NCBI GenBank assembly: GCA_963756875.1
Contig: CAVWPA010000003.1
Coordinates: 1,248,001-1,312,000, forward strand
Direction of reading: 5' to 3'
DNA length: 64,000 bases
Origin: an uncultured Verrucomicrobiae bacterium
Lineage (GTDB): Bacteria; Verrucomicrobiota; Verrucomicrobiia; Chthoniobacterales; UBA10450
The number at the start of each line of letters is the position of its first letter. The first letter of the stretch is position 1. The notes under the pieces are model-generated. The model worked only from the letters and a program-made list of their open reading frames with translations, made no database searches and was not told the DNA's origin. Both the position numbers and the translations under genes were made by a program. This document shows, piece by piece, positions 29,432 to 39,689 of the stretch.

Positions 29432-29812
29432 GTGTTTCGAATTGCCGGTCGCGCGGTCACAATCTTCGCGCTTTGCTGCGCGATCGGGTTGCACTGGATC
29501 GCGCTTCAGTCGCTGGCATGGACCACCATGGTAGTTAAGTACGCGAAACAGGTGCCATTGCAGGAAGCGATCGCGAAAACGTTTGATGGCGCGCATCCCT
29601 GTTCGCTTTGTCATGCTGTGAACAAGGCGAGGAATTCCGAGAAGAAATCGAACTTGAAAATGCCTGCACCAAGGCTCGACATGATTTGTGTCGCGCGGAA
29701 ACCCCGCCTCGGTCCGCCTTTTGTTCCATTTCGTTATCCGGTTGCGAGTTTCTCAATTCTCTTTAGCGGCACGTCGCCGCCCGCGCCTCCTCCACGTTTG
29801 CTGCCGGGATAA
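29432..29812 (+). CDS. Hypothetical protein with HPCSLCH motif and Pro-rich tail (DUF2946-like)
   Basis: GLHW...QSLAW...TFDGAHPCSLC...PPAPPPR. Confidence 0.65.
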   Translation: MFRIAGRAVTIFALCCAIGLHWIALQSLAWTTMVVKYAKQVPLQEAIAKTFDGAHPCSLCHAVNKARNSEKKSNLKMPAPRLDMICVARKPRLGPPFVPFRYPVASFSILFSGTSPPAPPPRLLPG

Positions 29813-29861
29813 TTCGCGCAAGTTAACCGCTGCTACTGTGGCTGCGGCACCGCGCGATTTC

Positions 29862-29930
29862 GAATTGTAGGGCGGGCGCTTCGCCTGCCAGACCAATTAG
29901 ACGGCAAGCGATGCGCTTGCCCTACAATTC
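29862..29930. repeat. GTAG-type REP inverted doublet
   Basis: gaattgtagggcgggcgcttcgcctgcc ... ggcaagcgatgcgcttgccctacaattc. Confidence 0.8.
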
Positions 29931-29980
29931 CACGGCTACAGGTCAAATCGTCGTCGTTGTTATTATTTTTGAAGGAACCA

Positions 29981-30898
29981 ATGAAATATTTGCCTCTAGT
30001 TTTCTGGCTCGTTTGCGCCGTGTGCGCGCTGGGCGCGAGTAGCCGGGCTTACGGTCACGGCTTCGCCGGTCCACGCTTTTTTCCGGCCACCCTCTCCACC
30101 GACGACCCGTTTGTCGCCGACGAGCTTTCATTGCCAACCGTTTCCAGCATCGTCACGCCGGACGACGGCGGTACGCGCGACACGGAAATTTCGTCCGATA
30201 TCGCGCTGCGCATCACGCCGAACTGGGATATCGAGTTTGGCGAGACGTTCATCACGCTCAATCCTTCACAGGGCAGGGCGACGAACGGTTTCGACAATCT
30301 CTCCATCGGATCGAAATACGAGTTCTATAAGAACGACGACCACGAAGCCGTGGTCTCAATTGGCCTCGACATAGACGTTGGCGGCACCGGAAGCGATCAA
30401 GTAGCAGATCCTTTTACAACGTGGACGCCGGGCCTGTTCTTTGGCAAAGGCCTGGGCGATTTGCCGCAGGAATTGTCGTTGGTGAGACCGGTTGCAATCA
30501 CTGGTCTGGTTGGCGTCGCTATCCCGAGCAGTGCGAGCACGGATGGATCGCCAAACCCTGCTTCGTTGCAATTGGGCTTTGCCTTCGAATACAGCCTGAT
30601 TTACTTACAGGAACAGGTCAAAGACATCGGCCTGCGCGCCCCATTCGACCGCTTGATTCCACTCGTAGAGGTTGCCCTGGACGATCCAGTCAACCGCGGA
30701 CAGGACGGCCTCGTTACGGGCACGGTTAATCCAGGCGTTATCTGGTCTGGCAAATACTTTCAAGTCGGCGCCGAAGCGGTGATTCCCATCAATTCGCGCA
30801 CTGGCAACGACGTCGGATTTATTGCACAGCTGCACTTTTATCTGGACGACCTTTTCCCGCACAGCCTGGGCCGTCCGTTCTTCGAAGGAAACAAATGA
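29981..30898 (+). CDS. Putative outer membrane protein, probably copper-related
   Basis: Signal peptide then HGFAGPRFFPATL..DDPFVADE; alternating beta-strand pattern; overlaps the copC start. Confidence 0.65.
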   Translation: MKYLPLVFWLVCAVCALGASSRAYGHGFAGPRFFPATLSTDDPFVADELSLPTVSSIVTPDDGGTRDTEISSDIALRITPNWDIEFGETFITLNPSQGRATNGFDNLSIGSKYEFYKNDDHEAVVSIGLDIDVGGTGSDQVADPFTTWTPGLFFGKGLGDLPQELSLVRPVAITGLVGVAIPSSASTDGSPNPASLQLGFAFEYSLIYLQEQVKDIGLRAPFDRLIPLVEVALDDPVNRGQDGLVTGTVNPGVIWSGKYFQVGAEAVIPINSRTGNDVGFIAQLHFYLDDLFPHSLGRPFFEGNK

Positions 30899-31254
30899 AA
30901 CGGATTATCCTTAGCTTGTTTCTAATTATTCTCGCTGGCTCAGTTCGGCTTGAAGCGCACGCTTTTCTTAAAAGCGCGGAACCGCGGGTAGGCAGCAGGG
31001 TGCAGACATCGCCGAAAGAGATTCGAATTCGATTTACAGAAAATCTCAAACCAGCGTCAAGCAGGATCCGGGTCTTCAACGCTTCTGGGAATGAAGTGGA
31101 CAAGCGTGACGTGCATCTGGACCCGTCGGACCGCGCCCTGCTGCGCGTTTCTCTGCCACGTCTCGAAGCGGGAACTTACAAAGTCATCTGGCGGGCAGTC
31201 TCGATCGACGCGCACGTGACAAAAGGAAGCTTTACATTCCGGATCGTTCGTTAG
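30895..31254 (+). CDS. copC: Copper resistance protein CopC
   Basis: Signal peptide, mature N-terminal HAFL...P and GTYKVIWRAVSIDAH motif. Confidence 0.88.
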   Translation: MKRIILSLFLIILAGSVRLEAHAFLKSAEPRVGSRVQTSPKEIRIRFTENLKPASSRIRVFNASGNEVDKRDVHLDPSDRALLRVSLPRLEAGTYKVIWRAVSIDAHVTKGSFTFRIVR

Positions 31255-31304
31255 GCTCCGGTGCTGGGTGGAACCAATGGGGGCGCCATTCAACGCTCGC
31301 GTCG

Positions 31305-34300
31305 CTACGGCGTGGTGACCTTCAGCCGCATGAAGCGAGCCTGTCCGGGACTGTTGGGATCGTATGGAACGGTGTCGCGCACTTCGACGGAGAAATTCGG
31401 CGCCACGCCGGTTTCACCGACAAAGCCGAGGCCTGTGGTCGGCGCACCATGGATACTCGTGCCCACGTCTGTCCATGAAAGAAGATCGCTTGAGACCTGC
31501 ACAGTATATGTCAGATCGATGGCGAGCGATGAGCGGTAGAACGTCATCGATAAATATTTCGTTCCGCTGTAATCCTTCAACGTCACCACCGGCAGCCCAT
31601 TCAAACTTGCGACCGTTGGATCCAGCCCGAGCGCGTATTCCATCAGATTGGTCAACCCGTCGTGATCGTAATCGTAGTTGAGCGCGGCGTCGCCTCCAGT
31701 CAGTCCGAAGCTTGCAATGTAATTGTCCGCGTGGGTTGCAGTCGTTAGGGAGAAAGTCTGCATCGCGTCCGGCAAGACGCCGTTGGTGGCAGTGACGGTA
31801 ATGTTCGAAAAGGTTCCCGTGCCGCCCGATTTTGCCGTTCCGGAGAGAACGCCAGCCGCCGAGAGAGAAAGACCGGATGGAAGAGATACCACCCGTTAGG
31901 CCGAAGATCGGTGTCGGATTGCCACCCGCAATAAACGTGAAACTATATGGTGAACCGACGATCACCGGAGATGGAGGCGGCCCGTTGAGAATGGCCGGCG
32001 CCCCGTTGGCGCAAACTACTGATGACGCGCTGGTGGTGATCGAGTCGATACGAATGCCGCTGACGCCTGCTGCCGTCGAGTTGCTATCGGTCCCCACGCG
32101 CCAACGCAATTTAAAGCTCTGTGTCGCTGTCTGTGACGGGAGGTTGACTGTTGTCGTTATGTAAGCGGGCGAGCTAGTGGTCCCGGCCGAGAGCGCGCTC
32201 CATGCCTGACGGCCGCCGAGCGGATTGCCGGAACTGCTACTGATGGTGCGGTTGTAGCCGCCCGAGGCAAAACTGCCGCCCGCCGTAATGATGTCGGTAA
32301 AGTTGGCGCCGCCATCGAAACTGATCTCGAGCACCATCCCGTCATATCCGACCGTGGCGTCCTGCACCTCGAGGTTGAACAGGTTCCGGAACGTGAGTTT
32401 CTGCGCCGGCTGAAAAATCGCCGACACAAGATCGACGGTGCCCGCTGTGGCATTGTCGGGGCCAAAGGCATCGTTAGGCGACGAATCGGGCGTGGCCGTG
32501 GATGTGACAAAGTTGACAGAGCCCACCGTATGCGCCGAGGTCCAGCCGCTTGGGAGAGCGGGCGCGGACTACCCCATCGAAATTCTGTGTGTCAACTGTC
32601 GCTAACCCGCCGGGTGCGCCCAGTTGCATGGTAAACGTGACCGTGCCGAGATTCGTCGCGCCATCCTGCAGTCAAGCGTGAGCGTGATGTTGTTGCCGCA
32701 CGCGCCGGTCGCGGTGAAAGTAAACGAGCGCGCGGCGGAGCCGCCGTTTCCCGGAATTACTCCGTAGTTTTGCGGACCGTTTGGATTGGTGACGCCGCCG
32801 GTTGCATCAGTGTCGCAATCAGATTGCTCGTGTCGCTGCCGCCATTGTTTATCAATGGCAGGCTGACGGTGACAGTTTCTCCCGGGTCTACCGCGTTGTT
32901 GGCCGGCGCGTAGCTTTCAGCCGTCAAAATGGCCGGGGGAGCCGCCGCGATCAGCGCACCGCAGCAAACAAAACCATTAGAGACGCGAACGCCGTCAATG
33001 CTCCAACCGCTGAGACCGACGCTGGTATCAGATCCCATTCGGAACTGCAGTTTGATGGTTTGTCCGGCGACATGTGGACCCAGGTTTGCCACTGTCGTGA
33101 CGTAGCCGCCCGAACTGCCGCTCCAGGCCTGGCGTCCTGCCAACGGATTGCTGTAGTGCGTGTCGATCGTGGCGGTGTAACCGCCACTGACAAAACTGCC
33201 GCCGACAGTTGGATCGGTGATATCGGTAAACGCGCCGCCGTTGATGTTGGGAGAAGAAACTTCAAGCACGCCGCCGTCGTACGTGCTCTCCAGGTTATAG
33301 CTGTTTCGGAAGCTCACCTGCGCCGCGCTCGACGTGATCGCGATACTGGGTGTGTCGAGCCGCTTGTCACTTACGCTTGTCGGATCGTCAACGAACGCGT
33401 CGTTCGGCACGGTGTCAGCGCTGGTGGTTGAAGTAACCCAAAGCGGGGCTGCACCGGCAGCGTTGGTTGCCACCCAGTTCGCAGGCAAGGCCGGCGCCGC
33501 CACGCCGTCGAAATTTTCCGAAAGCGCTACGTTCATCATGCCCGTGGTGAAATTGTAAGTGACTGTGCCGAGATCGGTGCCGCCGTCCTGTAACTGCAGC
33601 GTGGCCACCAACGTCGAGCCGCATGCAAGATTGTCGGCGGTGAACGTGAACGATCTGTACACCGTCGCGCCGCCGGCAACGACTACGCCGTAATTCTGCG
33701 GTGCGCTCGGGCTGGTTACGCCGCCCGTGGCTTGCAAAGTCGCCGTGAGGTTGCTCGTATTGGCGGACCCGGTGTTTTTAATGCCAAAGCTCACCGTCAC
33801 AGTCTCGTTAGGATCAATGACCCCGTTCGAGTTGCAGTTGTCCGTGGTCACAGTCGCGTTGTCCGCGACGACAACCGGCACTCCCATCAGGCAGGCATTG
33901 AACGTTGCCGTTCCGCCATTGGTCACTACCAGATTGCCCGATGTGACTGTGCCGAGATTGGGGCCGCTTACCGTGGCAGTATAAGTGCCGGGCGCCACAG
34001 TCGCACTGTAATTGCCGCTGGCATCGGTCATCCGGAAATAGCCACCCGTAATCTGCACGGTCGCATTGGAAATCGGCACCCCGGATGCGCAATCAGTTAC
34101 CGTCCCGGAAATCGTTCCGCGCGGTGAGACTGCCAGCGTGCCAGGCACGATTTTGGCGATGCGCGTATGCCAACTGGAGCTGCCCGACGACGGATAATAC
34201 TCCTGCGTGTACCAAAACGAACAATCGTCGGCCGGATCGACGGTCATATCGCTGTAGTCGCCCCAGCGCCCCGAGGTGCTGGTTTGCGAACCGGAGCCAC

Positions 34301-36008
34301 TGATGATCGTTTGTTCGCCCTGAGCAAGGCCGCTCCCGGCCGGATCGGTGCCTAACTTTGCGGCATAACGAATCGAAGGGAACACCGTGCTGCTCGATAC
34401 GCTGTAACCCACGGCAATGTCGCCTTGGAAATTCATCGCGCCGCTGCCCATCCAGCGCTGTGCAGTATCGCCCGGCGTGCCCGCCCAGGTCTGTTGCTCC
34501 GCAATCGTGAACGGCGCACTTGGCGATGTGCGGGTCAGTTCATAGAAACGGACGCCCGCGCGGTAAGCCGGATTCGTTGCAGCGTTAACCGTGTGGTTGA
34601 GGATCAATGTTTCGCTTGTGCCGAGGTTGCGGTACGCGAGCCGAAACATCAGCCGGTCGTTGATGGCATCGAGATAACTGCTGCTGCTCACCGAAGGTTC
34701 CGGAATAACATTTCTGGAGTTTGGTACCGTTACTGGATCGAACGCGGCAACCGTCAACGGGCTGCCGGTCCTTTCAACGAACGTCGAATTTGCCGGCGTC
34801 GTGAAATCGACGTGAAAATCGAAGATCCGCAGCCGATCCCCGGGATCGCCGAACTCATTCGCTTCAAAATATGCGAACGGACATGGCGCGCCGACCGGCG
34901 GCGGCGTCAAACCATCCACACACGCCGGTAACATCCCGCCGATGCCGTCCGGGCCGGTGTTGCCGGTTGACGGCGGATAAAGCACGGCCGTGTCGAAGTA
35001 CACGTAACTGGCCGTGGGATCGCCTGCGAGCATCTTCGCTCGGTCGAACGCAAAAACCCCGGCTTGTTCGAATAGGTTACCCGCCTGATTGAACTGGTTA
35101 TCGGTCATGTAGTAACCGTCCGGCCACACGCTTAACTTCGGATAATCGTTAAACTTGATGTTCGGCATCATAAAGTCGTAGAGATAATATGCGCCGGTCG
35201 GGTCGCCTGTTTTCGAAACGGCAATCAGTTGATGATTGTTCGGATTGATGACGCTCACGCAGAACTGGCTGATGATCCAACGATCGGCCAATTGATCGTA
35301 AAGAACGACTGGGTCGCCGTCGTTTGTGGTAGCGCACGGTCCTCCGAGTGGAGCGAACAGGCTGCTCAGCGCCGCCGTGTTGGTGAGCGGACTGCCTGTT
35401 TTGTTCCAGACGCGAAATGTCACGTTGACCGTCTGAACGTAATGGTTCGGGCCGACTGCACCGTTGGTATCGGGCGGCAGATAACCCTGGCCCAGCGAGA
35501 TCGTGTCGGCCTGCGAGGTGCCTTCGAAGCTCACCGCGGGAGTCGGCAAAGCCTGCGGCGTCGCCGCGCTCGCCGTCCCAACTCCCGGCCGAATCCTCTT
35601 CGCGTTGTTTGACGAAACCACTTTGTCCAGGCTGGGCGTGACTTTCGGGTCCACGTGACGAATGATTTCGCGGTTCTCCTCGTTGATTTCCTTCCCAGCT
35701 CCAACCGCACCACCGGCCATCGCGGGCGGCAGTTGATAAACCGACAACGACTCGGTGAACCCGGACGCTCGTACAACAATCGGTTTACCGGGACTCTTGG
35801 TCTGGCCGGTGGCGGACACGATCGTCAGTGCGAAACCGATTGCGCCGAGCAAACTGGCGGCAATTTGGGGGCTTGCTGTCCTGCTGTGGTTCCTGGTTCG
35901 GATAATCGTGGTTTCCAAAAAAGCTAATTCCTGGCGGCTTTTCCCTGACCGGTCCCTGCTGGAGAGCCTCTTACTTGTGCCAAAAAACCGAGTCAAAGTC
36001 GAGCCCAA
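31305..36008 (-). CDS. Very large secreted Ser/Thr/Gly-rich multidomain protein, split by several frameshifts
   Basis: ORFs 32757..36008, 31414..32526 and 31305..31892 are contiguous in content: PPDTNGAVGPNHYVQ...RWGDYS domain, carboxypeptidase-regulatory-like domain, duplicated DP.ETVTV...NFDG module, and tail DYDHDGLTNLMEYALGLDP...RFMRLKVT. Confidence 0.75.
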
Positions 36009-36110
36009 AATCCTCCCTGTAGAGGCGGCCGTGTCGGCCGCGAAGCAGTTAGGCCGACGACTGCATATATATTAAGAGTACCGGCGGCAGGCGTTGAATA
36101 TTGGACCTTT

Positions 36111-36180
36111 GCTTCTCTGCTTCTCTGCTTCTCTGCTTTCTCTGTCCTCTGTCCTCTGTCCTCTGTCCTCTGACTTCTGC
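36111..36180. repeat. Tandem octamer (GCTTCTCT) and heptamer (TCTGTCC) repeats
   Basis: gcttctctgcttctctgcttctctgctttctctgtcctctgtcctctgtcctctgtcctctg. Confidence 0.85.
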
Positions 36181-36197
36181 CGGCCAGCGGCCGTCCG

Positions 36198-36839
36198 CTA
36201 GCTCCGCGCCGGGGTGCGAAATTTGCGAGGTCGCCGTTGCTGTTGCTGCTGTTGCCGCGGACTTGCCCGCTGTTCATCCGGAATCTTTATCTCGAACGAG
36301 CGGAAAAGGGGCGCCAGATCGATCACCTCGTTGGCGGCGGATCTTAATATGTTGCCGAGATTTTGCGCGACGGACGCCACTTCCACCCGGATGCCGCGCC
36401 GCCGCAGCTTGGTAGCGAGATAAGCGAAATCGGTATCGCCGGTCACAAGAATGACGACATCCGGTTGCATCTCGACAGATAGTTCCAGCGCGTCGATCGC
36501 CATCATCACGTCGACGTTCGCTTTGTAATGACCCTCCTCGGCGGGCGACCCATCTTTGGTGACGGCCATGAATCCGTTAGAACGGAGCCAATGCACAAAC
36601 TTGTTCTTTTTGTCGCGCTCTTCCTGCCAAATCGGTATCGCCGGTGGGAGCCCGGCATACACCACCATCTCGACCAGTTCTCGTCCGGTGCTGGGCCCCG
36701 CCAAAAATTCGCGTAGCTTCAGCCAATCCAGGCCGCGCCCGGCGGTGCGCACGGAGCTGCCAATATTCGATTCATCCACCAGCACCAATAACCTCGGCCG
36801 TGCCGGTTCTTCGTGACTTTTCCCTCGCATGTTTGGCAC
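36198..36839 (-). CDS. NYN domain (LabA/DUF88) protein
   Basis: LVDESN, KANVDVMMAID, LVTGDTDF and RRRGIRVEV motifs. Confidence 0.88.
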   Translation of the reverse strand: MPNMRGKSHEEPARPRLLVLVDESNIGSSVRTAGRGLDWLKLREFLAGPSTGRELVEMVVYAGLPPAIPIWQEERDKKNKFVHWLRSNGFMAVTKDGSPAEEGHYKANVDVMMAIDALELSVEMQPDVVILVTGDTDFAYLATKLRRRGIRVEVASVAQNLGNILRSAANEVIDLAPLFRSFEIKIPDEQRASPRQQQQQQRRPRKFRTPARS

Positions 36840-36982
36840 TGGCTTTATCGCTCGTTCCTAACAACTCTCAACTAAGATTCGTGAATCGAGCGGCTCTCCT
36901 CTGTGGCTGCAGGCGTGCCGCCTGCGCGGTCCGGCCTCTGACCGAAGTTTACCCGCCGTGGCAGGACTTCCGACTTCAGTGC

Positions 36983-37270
36983 TTAGGCTGCTTTTTTCTT
37001 CGCCGCGACCTTTTTTTCGACGATGATGCCTGGAAATTGCACAACCGGCGCAGGCTCGCTATTCCCATTCTGGCCGAAGGTCGACTCGAACGCGAGCTTG
37101 CCATTGGCGATCTCAGTGAGGGCGATATCGGCATGACCGAGCCCGGGGATATATTCTACTAGCGGGCGATGCCCCAGACAGAGTTGCCGCACGCGGCGTG
37201 AGACCATGTTCACGAGAATTTGCTGATTGGGAATAATTTCGGAGGCGGCTTTAACGAGATCGGCTTTCAT
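36983..37270 (-). CDS. rpoZ: RNA polymerase subunit omega
   Basis: ILVNMVSRRVRQL...PLV...DIALTEIANGKL. Confidence 0.8.
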   Translation of the reverse strand: MKADLVKAASEIIPNQQILVNMVSRRVRQLCLGHRPLVEYIPGLGHADIALTEIANGKLAFESTFGQNGNSEPAPVVQFPGIIVEKKVAAKKKAA

Positions 37271-37484
37271 AATTAATAACTGACTTCTGCACGGCACCAA
37301 TATCGCACCGCAGTCGTGTGGCTTTGGCGCGCAGGAGGACATCCCCTGACTTTTAATTTCAGCCTTTCTGCTCTTTACTTCCGAAAAGCCGGTCTAACTA
37401 TCGCCCATAACACGCGATTCACAACCTCGAATCTCACTCCGACATTGAGCGCCTGCTACCGAGGAGTTTCGGACTTGGACGCCC

Positions 37485-37925
37485 TCACTCCTTCGCTTCC
37501 TGGTTCTTGCTCCCTGCCGTCCGCACCGTCAGCATCAGTCGGCCATACACTCTGCGGCACGTTGCTTTGGCTTGATGATCGCCGCGCTCAAATCTCCGTT
37601 CCGTCGAATGGCTTTGACCAACACGCGTCCAGGTGGTTTCTCTTGCGGCATTCGCTTTTAGAAATCTGGCGATCTCTTTTTCCGAAAGATCTGTACGATC
37701 GAATCGAGAATACCTTTCCAAAACGCTCCGGCGATTGACGAAAACTACAAAATAAAGATACCGGCCCCTGTGATAAAGCACGCTGACGCTTCCGTCGTCG
37801 CGCAAGTGCCGCTCGACAATGTTGCCATAGGACTCCTCAATTCTCTCGTCATTATCGCCCAGATTAGCGCGGACCGAGCTGGCACCGGTCAAAACTATTG
37901 CAAACAGGAGCAGATATCGCTTCAT
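37485..37925 (-). CDS. Secreted hypothetical protein
   Basis: Signal peptide MKRYLLLFAIV...VRA. Confidence 0.6.
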   Translation of the reverse strand: MKRYLLLFAIVLTGASSVRANLGDNDERIEESYGNIVERHLRDDGSVSVLYHRGRYLYFVVFVNRRSVLERYSRFDRTDLSEKEIARFLKANAARETTWTRVGQSHSTERRFERGDHQAKATCRRVYGRLMLTVRTAGSKNQEAKE

Positions 37926-38074
37926 GATGATTCATCCCACAGTTTTCGTTTTCTATCCTCTGACTTTTAGCTCAACCCTTTGCTCTTCGCGCCCTCATAT
38001 TTGTTCTTGTGTGGCGGCGGCGCGCCTCTACGATCATGCCCGCCCGACGCAAACATTTACCGGAGATCATAGCC

Positions 38075-38719
38075 ATGAAAACATCTCAAAAACTTTCGAC
38101 GTTCGCCGGCGGAATCGCCGCGTTCTGTTTATCCGGACTAATGCTGTTCGCAGCGGAACCGACCGAGAACTGCTGGCCGTTCACGGTAGGCAACACGTGG
38201 ACGGTGGAAACCAAGGTCAACGACAAGTCCATTACCCAGGTGCTCACCGTCACAAAAGTGACTCCTGGCGAAGCGGGGGCATCGGACGCCACGATCGAGT
38301 ACAAGGTGGGTGACAACGTTGTCCAGACGGAGATTTACCGGTTCGACGCCAAGGGTATCACGCGCGTAAGCAGTGGAGCCAGTGGCGGGAATACCATTAC
38401 CCCGCCGATTCCAGTGGTGCAATACCCCATGGTGGCGGGCAAGAAATGGAGTTGGAAGGGAACGGTCAAGAGCGGCGATCAGGAAATGCAGGCGACTGCG
38501 GATTTTTCGACCAGCGGCCCCGAATTGCTCAAGCTTGCGTCGGGAGAATTTCAGGCGATGCGCGTCCATTCGAACCTTGTGGTGACACAACCCGGCGGCG
38601 AGAAGGCGGAGTTCCCAAATGACTACTGGTTTGCGCCGGGGGTCGGCATGGTGCAACAGTCGGCGAAGTTTGGCGACATCTTTGTCAAAGGTGAGCTGAC
38701 CAGTTACAAGGTGAAATAA
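38075..38719 (+). CDS. Secreted hypothetical protein (DUF3108/TapB-like)
   Basis: WPFTVGNTW and ASGEFQAMRV...WFAPGVGMVQ; similar to the 22185..23192 product. Confidence 0.65.
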   Translation: MKTSQKLSTFAGGIAAFCLSGLMLFAAEPTENCWPFTVGNTWTVETKVNDKSITQVLTVTKVTPGEAGASDATIEYKVGDNVVQTEIYRFDAKGITRVSSGASGGNTITPPIPVVQYPMVAGKKWSWKGTVKSGDQEMQATADFSTSGPELLKLASGEFQAMRVHSNLVVTQPGGEKAEFPNDYWFAPGVGMVQQSAKFGDIFVKGELTSYKVK

Positions 38720-38800
38720 GAAGAGCGCCGGGATCAGGGACTCGTTTTTGCAGATATTGAGTCAACTCGCTCACACCTAATGCGAGCGCGAGCCCGGATC

Positions 38801-39277
38801 TTATTTTGCCTCGAGCAACGTGCCGCGGCAATTCGCAGCACCGCAGTGACAGGGGGATTCCTGCTCGATCTCTTCCGTGCGCGGTTCGTCCACCTGCAAG
38901 GCGTAATCGTAAAACAGTTCTTCGCCTGGTTGAATATCGCGCAATGCATGGATGAAAACGCGATCGTTTTCGTCCTCGATCGCTTCGCAGTTCGGCTCGC
39001 AGGAATGGTTGATCCAGCGCGCTTCATTTCCGCCGATCTCCGGGTCGATAACGTGAACGCCATCATCGAGTCCAAACAAAAACGTGTGCGAATCATCGAC
39101 ATCCTTCGGAACGTTTTTCCACAGCACTCGTTTGCCCGTGTATTCAATGATACAGGTATCCTTCGGAATGCGGCGCGTGGCATAGACGCCGAGACCGTGC
39201 ACGCCGGAAGCGCGGACTTCAATGCACGTTAGAGGTCGATCGCTGACTGTTGAGAGCTCGGCTGTTTCAGTAGTCAT
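38801..39277 (-). CDS. SET domain protein-lysine methyltransferase with post-SET
   Basis: HGLGVYA, IEYTG, RWINHSCEPN, ELFYDY and CHCGAANCRG motifs. Confidence 0.93.
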   Translation of the reverse strand: MTTETAELSTVSDRPLTCIEVRASGVHGLGVYATRRIPKDTCIIEYTGKRVLWKNVPKDVDDSHTFLFGLDDGVHVIDPEIGGNEARWINHSCEPNCEAIEDENDRVFIHALRDIQPGEELFYDYALQVDEPRTEEIEQESPCHCGAANCRGTLLEAK

Positions 39278-39428
39278 ACTAGTACAGAATTAATCGGAGT
39301 TCGAATGCCAAACGGCCGCCGGATCAGGCTGACGCCATCGCAATCTGCGTATGTAACCGTGAGTTCGGGGCAACGCAAACAGGCCGGTCTTTGGACGACT
39401 CCATGTCGATCCACGATTTAAAGTAATG

Positions 39429-39533
39429 CTATTTCGCCGGCTTCTTTTTCTTTTTAGCGAGCGCGAGGCGCTCCGTCTTTTTACGGCGTGCCGCGCGTTT
39501 CTTAACGTTGTCTCGGCCTTGGCTGTGTCCCAT
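39429..39533 (-). CDS. Small Lys/Arg-rich peptide (34 aa)
   Basis: Manual translation MGHSQGRDNVKKRAARRKKTERLALAKKKKKPAK*; below the ORF-track size cutoff. Confidence 0.6.
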   Translation of the reverse strand: MGHSQGRDNVKKRAARRKKTERLALAKKKKKPAK

Positions 39534-39689
39534 AAGGCCTTACACTCGCCCACCTGTCGCCCCGTAGCAATGGCACGGGCGGTTCCGCGCTTTCCAAAAC
39601 TTTCGCCCGTAGTGTATCCAGGGCGCGACTTGAGAACTTGACTGCTTTATTCCGCATTCAGTCGGTCCATTTTCCCATCTGCTTCGAGA

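Noticed and set aside
36111..36180. CRISPR array or contingency locus
   Set aside because: Units are 7-8 bp with no spacers, there are no cas genes, and it lies between a stop codon and the next gene.
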